Shown one piece after another: positions 48,680 through 58,730 of a DNA stretch of 64,000 nt; position 1 is the stretch's first letter, and the number at the start of each line of letters is the position of its first letter. Made by a program: the position numbers and the translations under genes. Origin of the DNA: Blastocatellia bacterium (lineage in GTDB: Bacteria > Acidobacteriota > Blastocatellia > UBA7656); NCBI GenBank assembly GCA_963765495.1, contig CAVXWP010000001.1:1152001-1216000 (forward strand). The letters run 5' to 3'. Below the pieces are notes generated by a model. It worked only from the letters and a program-made list of their open reading frames with translations, searched no databases and was not told the origin of the DNA.

Positions 48680-48984
48680 ACCGACGAACCGCTTGCCCGC
48701 TTATCATAATCGAGTCGCAAGAGAAAGGAGGTGCAAAAATAGTAAAACGATCCATTTAAGATGGAGCTTAATCGCTTCTCCCCCTCCCCAAACAGACGTG
48801 GCCGTAATAAAAGAGATGCCGGTGAACCTTACCTGAAAAGTAAGTTCCTGTCTCTTACCTGGCGGCCACGTCTCGTCCAAATCCGCAAGATGTCTGCCCG
48901 GGTCTCGCCCTGAGAGCCGTGCCTTGCCGTCACCATTATGATAAACTCAGCACCGTTTATAACAAGTAATCGGGGAGGCCTTTT

Positions 48985-49809
48985 ATGGATGGATTGCTTC
49001 AATCAAAGACGGCCATAATCACCGGGTCTGGTCGCGGCATCGGGCGCGCTACGGCTGAATTTTTCGCCCGTCACGGCGCCCGCGTAGTCATAAGCGACAT
49101 TGACCCCGAACCCGCACAAGAGGCCGTGGGAGCCATTCTCGCGGCAGGCGGCGAAGCCATAAGCGTGCCGGGCGATGTGACCGACCGCGCTTTCCCCGAC
49201 CTTATCGTCAGTGAGGCTTTAGAGAAATTCGGTCGCCTGGACATCATCGTAAACAATGCCGGATACACGTGGGATGCGGTCATTCACAAGATGAGCGACC
49301 AGCAGTGGGAGGCGATACTTGCGATTCACCTGACCGCGCCCTTTCGCATCATACGCGCCGCCGCTCCTTACCTTCGCGAAACGGCCAAACGGGAAAAGGC
49401 CGAAGACGGGCAAGCATCTGCCCGCAAGATCATCAACATAAGTTCGACATCGGGCACTCGCGGAAATGCGGGACAATCAAATTATTCTTCGGGCAAGGCG
49501 GGCGTCATCGGGCTTACGAAAACGCTTGCAAAAGAGTGGGGCCAGTTCAACATTCAGGTCAACGCCGTAGCCTTTGGCCGTATCGATACCCGTTTGACTC
49601 AGGCGAAAGAGAAGGGCGAAACCCTTAATCGCGGCGATCAGGAAATAGCCATAGGCATTCCGCGAGAGCGACTGGAACGCACTACGCCAATGATTCCCCT
49701 CGGACGAGGCGGCACGCCGGAAGAAGCGGCGGGCGCGATTCTGTTTTTTGCCTCCCCGCTTTCAGATTATGTTTCGGGGCAGGTGCTTGAAGTCGCCGGA
49801 GGTCTCTGA
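48985..49809 (+). CDS. SDR family oxidoreductase (3-oxoacyl-ACP reductase-like)
   Basis: TGSGRGIG, NNAG, NYSSGK. Confidence 0.92.
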   Translation: MDGLLQSKTAIITGSGRGIGRATAEFFARHGARVVISDIDPEPAQEAVGAILAAGGEAISVPGDVTDRAFPDLIVSEALEKFGRLDIIVNNAGYTWDAVIHKMSDQQWEAILAIHLTAPFRIIRAAAPYLRETAKREKAEDGQASARKIINISSTSGTRGNAGQSNYSSGKAGVIGLTKTLAKEWGQFNIQVNAVAFGRIDTRLTQAKEKGETLNRGDQEIAIGIPRERLERTTPMIPLGRGGTPEEAAGAILFFASPLSDYVSGQVLEVAGGL

Positions 49810-49851
49810 AATCTCAAATCTCAAATCCCACTGGAGAGAGGCTAAAAAACG

Positions 49852-50748
49852 ATGACGATACTTCGCACACCGGAAGAGCGATTTGCCAACCTGCCCGGTT
49901 TCTCCTTCGAACCGCACTATGTCGAAATCGGCGAGACGCGAGTCCATTACGTTGATGAAGGCGCGGGGCAGGTAATTTTGTGTCTGCACGGCGAACCTTC
50001 CTGGTCGTATCTCTATCGCAAGATGATCCCTCTTCTTGCCGCCGGGCATCGTGTCATAGCGATGGATTTTTTAGGATTTGGGCGCTCGGATAAGTTTGCC
50101 GAAACCGAGGCTTATTCGTTCCAGATGCATACGGATACGCTCGTTTCGTTTATCGAAAAGCTCGATCTTTCAGCCATCACAGCCGTAGTGCAGGACTGGG
50201 GAGGTTTGATCGGCCTCAGAGTCGCCGCAAGGATGCCCGAACGATTTGCCCGCCTTGTGATAATGAACACGGGGCTGCCTGCGGGCGATTCTACGTGGAC
50301 CGAAGGGTTTCTCAGATGGCGAGCCTATGCCGCGAGGACTCCCGATCTGCCCGTAGGCCAGATCATCAAACGCAGCGCCGCGCGTCCCGACTCGATTTCC
50401 GATGAGGTGATCGCCGCCTACGATGCGCCTTTCCCCGATGCCTCTTTCAAAGCAGGCGCGCAGGTGTTTCCCTTGCTTGTGCCTGTCGAGCCGGATCAGC
50501 CCGGAGCGCGTGAAATGCGCGAGACCCGTGAAAAGCTTTCCCACTGGGAAAAGCCCGCGCTTGTGATGTTTTCAGACCGCGACCCGGTGACCGCGGGCGG
50601 AGATCGTTTCTTTCGTAAACTTATACCTTCGACCGCGCGCGAGCCCGAAATCACTATTCACGATGCCGGTCATTTTCTTCAGGAAGAAAAAGGCGAAGAG
50701 ATAGCCCGCCACATAATCCAATTTATTGAACGCACGCCGGTTTCCTGA
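49852..50748 (+). CDS. Haloalkane dehalogenase
   Basis: LRTPEERF, LHGEPSWSYLYR, QDWGG, AGHFLQE. Confidence 0.9.
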   Translation: MTILRTPEERFANLPGFSFEPHYVEIGETRVHYVDEGAGQVILCLHGEPSWSYLYRKMIPLLAAGHRVIAMDFLGFGRSDKFAETEAYSFQMHTDTLVSFIEKLDLSAITAVVQDWGGLIGLRVAARMPERFARLVIMNTGLPAGDSTWTEGFLRWRAYAARTPDLPVGQIIKRSAARPDSISDEVIAAYDAPFPDASFKAGAQVFPLLVPVEPDQPGAREMRETREKLSHWEKPALVMFSDRDPVTAGGDRFFRKLIPSTAREPEITIHDAGHFLQEEKGEEIARHIIQFIERTPVS

Positions 50749-50767
50749 GATAACCGCGAGCCCTTTT

Positions 50768-50798
50768 GCAAGCCGAATTGCAAGCCGAATTGCAAGCC
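50768..50798 (+). repeat. 12-bp tandem repeat x ~2.6
   Basis: GCAAGCCGAATT GCAAGCCGAATT GCAAGCC. Confidence 0.7.
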
Positions 50799-50898
50799 AT
50801 GTTGCGCCCACGGCTTGCCCCACTTATAATCCCAATTTACTTTGCCTTCGTCTGAAACAAGCAAAGACGAAGCGACGTAGAAGGATAACATCAGGCTT

Positions 50899-51819
50899 AT
50901 GGGCGAATTTCATCTCAACGGAATACTTCCCCCCCTTACGACCCCCTTCGATGACGAAGGAGGATTGGACCTTGAAGGACTGGCGCGAAATGTCGAGCGA
51001 TTGAACGATACGGGGCTTGCCGGTTATGTGGCTCTCGGATCAAACGGCGAGGCGGTGCACCTTTCACCCGCTGAACGCGCGCAGGTAATCGAAACCATAA
51101 AACGCGCCGCCACCTCTGAGCACAAGATCATCGCCGGGGTGAACGAGTTATCTACAAGGGCCGCCATAGATTCGGCCAAAGAAGCCGCCTCAAACGGCGC
51201 GGACGCCGTGCTTGTGATCACCCCTTATTTCTACAAATCCGCGATGACTCAAGAGCGCCTCGCTCGATTTTTTACGGAAGTGGCGGATCATTCGCCCGTG
51301 CCCGTACTGATTTACAATGTGCCGCAAAATACCGGAGTGGTTCTTGAGCCGGCGACCACCCAATCGCTTGCCGCACATCCCCGCATATCAGGAATAAAAG
51401 ACAGTTCGGGCAATATGGGAGCAATGTCGGAAACGATAGCCCGCGCTCCCTCGGGGTTTGCGGTGCTGTCGGGCAACGGCGGCATACTCTACCCCTCGCT
51501 TTCGATGGGTGCGGCGGGCGCAGTTCTTGCCGTAGCCTGTGTGGTTCCTCGCGCCACGGTCGAATTGTATCAGGCCGTAAGCGAAGGCGATCACACGAGA
51601 GCGCGCGAGCTACAACATCGCATCGCTCCGCTATCGCACATCGTGACCGCCGGTCTCGGTGTCGCAGGTCTTAAGGCGGCCCTTGAGATGGCAGGTTTCG
51701 TGGGCGGGTCGCCTCGCGCGCCGCTTTCGCCTGTGAGCGATTCGGATAGAGAAAAGATAAGAGCCGTTATGCGCGAAAGCAGGCTCTTTCCGGGATTGGC
51801 CATTGGCCATACGCAGTAA
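50899..51819 (+). CDS. Dihydrodipicolinate synthase family aldolase (HOGA-like)
   Basis: LGSNGE, IYNVP.NTG, GIKDSSG. Confidence 0.88.
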   Translation: MGEFHLNGILPPLTTPFDDEGGLDLEGLARNVERLNDTGLAGYVALGSNGEAVHLSPAERAQVIETIKRAATSEHKIIAGVNELSTRAAIDSAKEAASNGADAVLVITPYFYKSAMTQERLARFFTEVADHSPVPVLIYNVPQNTGVVLEPATTQSLAAHPRISGIKDSSGNMGAMSETIARAPSGFAVLSGNGGILYPSLSMGAAGAVLAVACVVPRATVELYQAVSEGDHTRARELQHRIAPLSHIVTAGLGVAGLKAALEMAGFVGGSPRAPLSPVSDSDREKIRAVMRESRLFPGLAIGHTQ

Positions 51820-51976
51820 TCAGTGGTCAGTGGCCGGTGGTCAGTGGTCAGTGATTAAGAACAGAGTTAGGCAAGCTGATTGATCTTTTGCCCATCTGAA
51901 ATCTCAGATGGGCAAAAGAAATACCAATTTTAAGCGCTGGCCACTGATCATTGACCGCTGATCACTGACCGCTGAT
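51820..51976. repeat. Heptamer-armed (CAGTGGT/ACCACTG) element with nested 16-bp hairpin
   Basis: TCAGTGGTCAGTGG...CTGACCGCTGA; inner TCTTTTGCCCATCTGA-AATC-TCAGATGGGCAAAAGA at 51884-51919. Confidence 0.85.
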
Positions 51977-51986
51977 TGAGGATTTG

Positions 51987-53690
51987 ATGAACGAACCAGA
52001 TTGTAAAGACCTCGAAGCCGCTGCCGAAAGACTCACCGATGCATTGCGCTTTACCGAGATTCCGCGCACATCAAAACTCTTCAACGACTTTCTTTACGAA
52101 TACGAAAAGGTTTCGCGCTTTTATCTCGATTGCGGGCGGGCGGTCTCGCCTCTGGCCGAGCACGCGCGCAAAGTTGGCGCGCAGGAGTTTGATCGCAAGC
52201 GCGTACCCGAAGCGCTCGAACGGATCAATCGCCGCGCCGGTTCCTCGGACCTGACTTTCAAGCATATCGAGATGCTTCGCCATCCCGGCTCGGTCGCAAT
52301 CGTGACGGGGCAGCAGGCGGGACTATTCACAGGGCCGCTCTACACTATTCACAAGGCGCTCACGGTCATCAAACTGGCCGCCTGCCTGCGCGAGGAGGGA
52401 GTAGAGGCCGTCCCGGTTTTCTGGGTCGCAAGCGAAGACCACGACTACGAGGAAGTCAATCACTGCCAGATAGTTGACCGCGACGGCCATCTGAAAAAGA
52501 TTCGCTACGAGGCAGGCGATTACAAAGAAGATATGCCGGTCGGCCACGTCAAGTTATGCGAGGGGATTTCCGAGACGATAGATGAATTTATCGCATTGCT
52601 TCCGCCGTCGGAGTTTGTGACCGAACTTGAGCGCGATTTGCGCGAAAGCTACAGCGCAGGCGCGGGATACGCCGAGGCTTTCGCAAAACTCATGGCCCGG
52701 CTGTTTCGAGATTACGGGGTAGTGCTGCTCGATCCGCAGGACGAAGAGTTGAAGCAGGTGGCAGCGCCGCTTTACGCTCAGGCCATCGAGAAATCCTCGG
52801 AGATTGCCGCCGCGCTCGTCGAGCGAAGTCGCGAGCTTGAAGAGGCCGGTTATCACGCGCAGATACATACATCCGAAGACATGGTTCCGCTCTTTATTAT
52901 GGATGACGGAAGGCGCGTTGCGTTGACCGAACACGAGGGGCGCTTTCTGGTCAAGGGGAGCGAGAGGTCATTCGACAGAGCAGAGCTTGCCGAGCTTTCC
53001 CGTCGCTGCCCCAACTGTTTCAGCCCGAACGTGACCTTGCGCCCGGTCGTTCAAGACTGGCTGCTGCCCACGGCCGCTTACATCGGAGGGCCTTCCGAGA
53101 TAGCTTATTTCGCGCAGCTTCGCGCCGTCTATGAAGTGCTTGGCCGACAGGAGCCGTGCGTGCTTCCGCGAGCGAGCTTTACGATAATCGAAGGCCGTCA
53201 TCAAAAGACTTTGAAGAAATATAAACTCACTCTGGCGGATTTCTTCGAGGGGCTCCATCCGGCCATAAGCAAGGTAGTAGAGCAGAGCCTGGACCGTGGC
53301 ACATCGACGGTATTTTCCGAAACCGAGCGCGTATTTGCGGAACAACTCGACAAACTCGATGCATCTTTGCGCCGTGCCGATCCCACGCTTTCGGCTACGG
53401 TCAAGCGCGCCAAAAGCAAGGTGCTTTACCAGATCGAACATCTGCGCACGCGCTTTATCCACGCGAGCGCCCGGCGCGAAGAGACCGCCTATCGCCAGGT
53501 CGAGCGCGCCTATTCGACACTGTTTCCTGAGAAGAATCTTCAGGAGCGTGAGTTGAATATTTATTATTTCCTGTCGCGCTACGGCCCAAGCCTTATGGAA
53601 GATCTTTATCGCGCAGCCGACATTGGCTATTCCAATCATCGTCTGGTATATATCGGCGGCGTGGCCTCGCAGGTTCTCAATGCGAGGTGA
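51987..53690 (+). CDS. bshC: Bacillithiol biosynthesis cysteine-adding enzyme
   Basis: VTGQQAGLFTGPLYTIHK, VFWVASEDHD, FSPNVTLRP, YIGGPSEIAY, LQER. Confidence 0.93.
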   Translation: MNEPDCKDLEAAAERLTDALRFTEIPRTSKLFNDFLYEYEKVSRFYLDCGRAVSPLAEHARKVGAQEFDRKRVPEALERINRRAGSSDLTFKHIEMLRHPGSVAIVTGQQAGLFTGPLYTIHKALTVIKLAACLREEGVEAVPVFWVASEDHDYEEVNHCQIVDRDGHLKKIRYEAGDYKEDMPVGHVKLCEGISETIDEFIALLPPSEFVTELERDLRESYSAGAGYAEAFAKLMARLFRDYGVVLLDPQDEELKQVAAPLYAQAIEKSSEIAAALVERSRELEEAGYHAQIHTSEDMVPLFIMDDGRRVALTEHEGRFLVKGSERSFDRAELAELSRRCPNCFSPNVTLRPVVQDWLLPTAAYIGGPSEIAYFAQLRAVYEVLGRQEPCVLPRASFTIIEGRHQKTLKKYKLTLADFFEGLHPAISKVVEQSLDRGTSTVFSETERVFAEQLDKLDASLRRADPTLSATVKRAKSKVLYQIEHLRTRFIHASARREETAYRQVERAYSTLFPEKNLQERELNIYYFLSRYGPSLMEDLYRAADIGYSNHRLVYIGGVASQVLNAR

Positions 53691-53837
53691 GCCTTTAGGA
53701 ATTGATGAAGTTCCATTTGAGCATGAGGTAAATGGGAATAGGGGGCGGATGACACGGATCGAGGCGGATTTTCGCGGATCGGCTCATAAGCCGTCAGAGC
53801 AGATTAAATCCGTGGCAATTTTAGAAATCATCCTTTT

Positions 53838-55106
53838 ATGAAAATTCTAGTAATCGGCTCCGGGGGCCGCGAACATTCAATAACGTGGAAGCTTTCGAAA
53901 AGCGATACAAGGCCCGATCTCTATTGCGCTCCGGGCAACGCGGGCATCGCAGAGATAGCGACATGTTTTCCGGCCGATGTGAACGACGCGGGGAGCCTTG
54001 CCAATCTCGCTAAGTCAATAAACGCGGACCTGACCGTGATAGGGCCGGAAGCGCCTCTGGTTGCGGGTGTGGCCGAGGCATTCAATTCGATAGGGCTTCG
54101 TCTGGTAGGCCCTTCGACCGAAGCCGCAAGACTCGAAGGCAGTAAGATATTCGCCAAGCAGTTTATGGCCCGCCACCTGATCCCGACCGCGCGATTCACC
54201 GCCTGCCATTCGCCTGAATCTGCGAGAGTCGCCCGCGCTATGGAATACGAGTTTCCCGTAGTGATAAAAGCCGACGGGCTTGCAGCGGGCAAAGGCGTTT
54301 TCATCGCGCCAAATCAGGAAGCGTTCGATCTGGCGATCAGGACTTTGATGGAAGACCGCATCTTTGGCGATGCAGGCTCTCGCATAGTTCTGGAACAGTG
54401 TCTCAGGGGGCGCGAAGCCTCGCTTATGATCTTCACCGACGGGCGCGATTATAAGATCATCCCGCCTGCTCAGGATTACAAGCGGGTGGGTGACAACGAC
54501 GAAGGGTTAAACACGGGAGGGATGGGATCGTTTTCAACGCCCGGATTGATTGATGAAGCGATGCTCACGCGCATCCGTCTCGAAATAATCGAGCCTACGC
54601 TTGCGGGGCTGGCCGAAGAGGGGCATCCGTTTTGCGGCGTGCTCTACACGGGGCTGATGTTTACCGAAGACGGCCCGAGGGTGATCGAATACAATGCGCG
54701 GCTTGGCGACCCGGAGACTCAGGCGGTGCTCGCGAGGCTGGAGAGCGATCTCGTAGACATTTTCAATTCAATCGCCGATGGCCGGGTGGACGAACAACCG
54801 ATTGAGTGGAGCGACGATTCTACGGTTTGCATCGTCGCGGCATCGGGCGGTTATCCGTCCGATTTTGAGAAGGGGAAGCCTATAACGGGTCTCAAAGAAG
54901 CGAAAACTCTGGAAGGCGTAGAGGTGTTTCACGCGGGCACGATGCGCGACGAGCAGGGAAGTTTTCTGACCTCGGCGGGTCGCGTCCTTGGAGTTACGGC
55001 CCGAGCCGCCACGCTTGAAGACGCTCGCGCTCGCGCTTACGAAGCGATCCAGAAAATCAACTTTGAACGAATACATTACCGGAAGGACATAGCGGGAAGA
55101 AAATAG
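53838..55106 (+). CDS. purD: Phosphoribosylamine--glycine ligase
   Basis: GSGGREH, APGNAG, KADGLAAGKGV, NTGGMG, EYNARLGDPE. Confidence 0.97.
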   Translation: MKILVIGSGGREHSITWKLSKSDTRPDLYCAPGNAGIAEIATCFPADVNDAGSLANLAKSINADLTVIGPEAPLVAGVAEAFNSIGLRLVGPSTEAARLEGSKIFAKQFMARHLIPTARFTACHSPESARVARAMEYEFPVVIKADGLAAGKGVFIAPNQEAFDLAIRTLMEDRIFGDAGSRIVLEQCLRGREASLMIFTDGRDYKIIPPAQDYKRVGDNDEGLNTGGMGSFSTPGLIDEAMLTRIRLEIIEPTLAGLAEEGHPFCGVLYTGLMFTEDGPRVIEYNARLGDPETQAVLARLESDLVDIFNSIADGRVDEQPIEWSDDSTVCIVAASGGYPSDFEKGKPITGLKEAKTLEGVEVFHAGTMRDEQGSFLTSAGRVLGVTARAATLEDARARAYEAIQKINFERIHYRKDIAGRK

Positions 55107-55634
55107 ATGAATCAGACAACAAATCAGGTAGCCATATTGATGGGCAGCGATAGCGACTACGATGTGATGATGGAAGCCGCCAAGATACTTGACCACTTCG
55201 GCATCACCTATGATGTCGAGATAACGAGCGCACACCGCTCGCCCGAGCGCACGCGCCGGTATGTGAAGACGGCTGAGAAGCGCGGTACCCGCGTCTTCAT
55301 CATCGGAGCGGGGATGGCCGCGCATCTTGCGGGCGTGGTCGCAGCGGAGACTACGTTACCGGTCATCGGCGTGCCGCTTGCCGGGTCCGCACTAAACGGG
55401 GTTGACGCGCTTTACTCCACGGTGATGATGCCCGCAGGCATCCCCGTAGCGACGCTTGCGATAGGCAAAGCCGGAGCCACGAACGCCGGGGTGCTTGCGG
55501 CGCAGATACTCGGTGTTTCGGACGAGAAGCTTTCGGAAAAGCTGGCCGAATACAAGCGCACGCTGGCAAAGAAGGTGGAAGAACGTTCCCGACAAGCGAA
55601 AAAAAGAAGGACTGACAGGAGGGATGAGGGATGA
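55107..55634 (+). CDS. purE: N5-CAIR mutase
   Basis: MGSDSD, SAHRSP, GAGMAAHL, MPAGIPVAT. Confidence 0.97.
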   Translation: MNQTTNQVAILMGSDSDYDVMMEAAKILDHFGITYDVEITSAHRSPERTRRYVKTAEKRGTRVFIIGAGMAAHLAGVVAAETTLPVIGVPLAGSALNGVDALYSTVMMPAGIPVATLAIGKAGATNAGVLAAQILGVSDEKLSEKLAEYKRTLAKKVEERSRQAKKRRTDRRDEG

Positions 55635-55752
55635 AATAAGGGATGAGGGATGAATCGGACTCTGGGGAAACATCCCGATTAATGCGGTTGATCAAATCAT
55701 CGAAATCTATCCTGACAGTCCTTTTCATCCCTCATCCCTCATCCCTCATCCC
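55619..55752. repeat. Heptamer-armed (GGGATGA) palindromic element overlapping both flanking stop codons
   Basis: GGGATGAGGGATGA...(TCATCCC)x4. Confidence 0.88.
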
Positions 55753-58495
55753 TTTCTTTTATGAGGACTACGTCGTTTGTGATGATGCCACGGGTCCAGG
55801 CGAGGCGTTTGCCGTCGCGCGACCAGTTGAATTCGAATATCTGGTCGTTTTTGAAATCGGTCAATTGTTTTGGCGGGCCTCCATCAATACTCTGGCTCCA
55901 GATATTTGACACTCCCGCGCGGTTGTCAATATAGGTCAGGGCGCGCCCGTCGGGCGTCCATCTGACTATGCCCTGTGGCAGGTTGAGTATCTTTAAAGGC
56001 TGCCCGCCTTCGAAGGGAATGATGGCTATGCCGGTTTGTGACCCCTGTTGTTCATTCCAGTAGTTGCAGGCTATAAGCTCTCCGTCCGGCGAAACAGAGG
56101 GCAGCATTGAAAGCTTGTCGAGTAGTTGTTTCGGCTCGCCCCCGTCAATACCGACTTTCCACAATGTAGGTTTACCCGCGCCTACGCTGGCGTAAATCAC
56201 CCATTGCCCGTCAGGCGAACAATCGGGCCACAGATCGCCTGACCCGTTAGTCAATTGTTTCGCGTTGCTGCCATCCAGGTCCGTCCTCCAGATGTTGAAG
56301 GTGTTGACCGTGTTTCCGCGATTCGACGAGAAGACTATATAGCGTCCATCGGCTGTGACGGTCGGGAAGATATTAACGCCGGAATCGGATGTTATCTGTT
56401 TTCGATCCGCTCCATCGGGCCCGACCATCCACACATCGAAAGAGCCACCGGCATTCGATCCGTAAATTATCTTACCATTGGGCGTCCACGAAAGGCTGTT
56501 ATACTTGACCGTGCCGGAGGTGATTTGCTGCGCGCGACTCGCGTCAGCGATGGGGGCGACCCAGAGATTTGCGATCTGATCAAGCTGAACGGCAGCTATG
56601 GTTTTCGAGTCTGCCGTCATGCTGAGGCTGATATAGTTATTCAAATCATTTGTGATTTTGTGAGTCTCGCCGCCGGGATAAGCAAGATGCCATACCTGAT
56701 AAAGTCTCGATGCCGGGTCTACGGCAATCATGGCAAGCCCGCTGCCGTCTGAAAACCATTCGAGTTGCGGGATGTTCAGCCATCTCTGAGATGTAATAGG
56801 AGCCTCTGCGCCGTTGTCGGCGTTCACTGCAACTACATTGATAGTCCGGCCTCCGCCGGCGCTCGTTGTGGCCGAGCAGGCGATTATCTTTCCGTCAGGA
56901 GACCACGCCGGTGCTAAATAAGCATCAGGAAACTTCCGCGTACTGAGCTTGCGCTCCTGGCTGCCGTCTGCGTTTGCTACCATCAGGGACATCTCGCTCT
57001 CGCTCAAGTCGGCCCGCGTAAAGGCAATCTGCTTGCCGCCGGGCGCAAATGTTATAGAGCTGTCTATATCCACTATAACTTTTTTCGACTGGCCTCCAAG
57101 CACGGGCACCTGATAGAGCTCCCTGACAGGGCTCTTCGTTTCGCCTTTAACGTAATAGATATAATTGCCATCGGGCGAAAAAGTCAGACCCGTGTAGGTG
57201 ACATCAGCCGGGGGAACTATCTGCACGTTGCTCGATGTGGCGACCTGGCGCACCCACAAGCTCCGCTGCCCGGCATCGCTTATGACGTGAACCACATACT
57301 TGCCGTCGGGCGAGATGGCCGCATCCGTGGCCTTGCCCGTGCTTGTGAGCTTGCTGATATCCATCTTTTGAAAAGGTGGAGCGTGAGTCGAGCCGACGCT
57401 GCCAATAAGCTTGTAGATGCCGAAACCGATCACGGCGAGGGCCAGAATGGCGGCGGCGGCGATTAAAATCCGGCGATTTTGTATAGGCGCTTGCTCGATG
57501 GATGTGACCCCCGACGCGATGGTGTGCGGAGCAGGGGCGAACGACCTCGTGACCGGCGGCATCGTGTCGTATTCTCTTATCAAGTCGCGCAGGTCAATCG
57601 CCACGTCCTTGATCGACTGGTATCGCTCGTCCGGGGCTTTAGATAAACACTTGCGAATGATTCGCTGAAGTTCGGACGGGGTGTCGGGGCTGAATTCTTC
57701 TATAGGCGGTGCGGGCGAATAGACTATCTTGTGCATCGAATCAATAATGGATTCGCCCGCGAATGGTTTCTGACCCGTCGTCACTTCATAGAGTATGCAG
57801 CCAAACGAGAAGATGTCAGATCGCTGATCGACGACCTTACCCTGCACCTGCTCGGGCGACATGTACCCCAGAGTTCCCATGATCATGCCCGGTTGCGTGT
57901 GCTCCATTATGGCCGTGGCGGCTTCTTCAAGATTATCCGCAGGGACCTGTTTGGGTTCGTTCAACTTTGCCAGTCCAAAATCGAGAATCTTGGCGTACCC
58001 GTCCTGAGTGATCATTATATTTTCGGGCTTGAGATCGCGGTGAATGATTCCCGAAGAATGAGCCTTCGAAAGCCCTTCGGCCACCTGCGCGAGATATTCC
58101 AGCAGTCTCTTTAGATCGGCCTTTTCCAGCCTTGCCTTATCGCGCAGCGTATCGCCGTCGACAAACTCCATCGCGATGTAATGAATTTCGCTAGGGGTCG
58201 ATTCGGATGCGGTTTCGGGTTTGTTCACGGGATCGCCTGCGCCGGTTGTTTGCGCCTGGCCGACTTCATATATCGTTATTATGTGAGGATGATTCAAGGC
58301 CGAAGCCGACCGGGCCTCCTGCACGAACCGCCGCAGCCGGTCTTCGTCTTCTGTCAGGTCGAGAGGCAGTATCTTTAAGGCCACGGGACGGTCCAGTGTG
58401 CTATCGTGTGCTTTATAAACTTCCCCCATCCCGCCCGCGCCAAGCCTCGACAGAATGCGATAATGAGAAATTGTAGTGCCTGTAGCAATGGCCAT
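55739..58495 (-). CDS. Hanks-type Ser/Thr kinase with TM helix and TolB/PD40 beta-propeller
   Basis: LGAGGMGEV, VALK, HRDLKPEN, DFG, YMSPEQ; repeated (W/F)SPDG. Confidence 0.93.
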   Translation of the reverse strand: MAIATGTTISHYRILSRLGAGGMGEVYKAHDSTLDRPVALKILPLDLTEDEDRLRRFVQEARSASALNHPHIITIYEVGQAQTTGAGDPVNKPETASESTPSEIHYIAMEFVDGDTLRDKARLEKADLKRLLEYLAQVAEGLSKAHSSGIIHRDLKPENIMITQDGYAKILDFGLAKLNEPKQVPADNLEEAATAIMEHTQPGMIMGTLGYMSPEQVQGKVVDQRSDIFSFGCILYEVTTGQKPFAGESIIDSMHKIVYSPAPPIEEFSPDTPSELQRIIRKCLSKAPDERYQSIKDVAIDLRDLIREYDTMPPVTRSFAPAPHTIASGVTSIEQAPIQNRRILIAAAAILALAVIGFGIYKLIGSVGSTHAPPFQKMDISKLTSTGKATDAAISPDGKYVVHVISDAGQRSLWVRQVATSSNVQIVPPADVTYTGLTFSPDGNYIYYVKGETKSPVRELYQVPVLGGQSKKVIVDIDSSITFAPGGKQIAFTRADLSESEMSLMVANADGSQERKLSTRKFPDAYLAPAWSPDGKIIACSATTSAGGGRTINVVAVNADNGAEAPITSQRWLNIPQLEWFSDGSGLAMIAVDPASRLYQVWHLAYPGGETHKITNDLNNYISLSMTADSKTIAAVQLDQIANLWVAPIADASRAQQITSGTVKYNSLSWTPNGKIIYGSNAGGSFDVWMVGPDGADRKQITSDSGVNIFPTVTADGRYIVFSSNRGNTVNTFNIWRTDLDGSNAKQLTNGSGDLWPDCSPDGQWVIYASVGAGKPTLWKVGIDGGEPKQLLDKLSMLPSVSPDGELIACNYWNEQQGSQTGIAIIPFEGGQPLKILNLPQGIVRWTPDGRALTYIDNRAGVSNIWSQSIDGGPPKQLTDFKNDQIFEFNWSRDGKRLAWTRGIITNDVVLIKERDEG

Positions 58496-58730
58496 AAACT
58501 TTTGAATGGGCCTTTCGATTTCTATGCGTAGCGAATCACTCAGATTCTAATTTCAATTGTCCGTGGACGCAAACCTGCGCGCGTGCCTGACATCGCTCCT
58601 AAAGCCTTACCGAATTCAAAGGGGAAACAAAGTTCTTGTAGGCCGGGTGCAAGGTCGTTAGAATACAAGCGTTCCAGCGTTAGGACTGAAGGCGATTCAT
58701 AGCAGTAATGTTCAAGCAGGGAGAAGTATT

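Noticed and set aside
48701-48944. 10-bp IR TTATCATAAT/ATTATGATAA as ends of a second MITE
   Set aside because: Short, AT-rich, no target duplication; the right copy may be a -10 box
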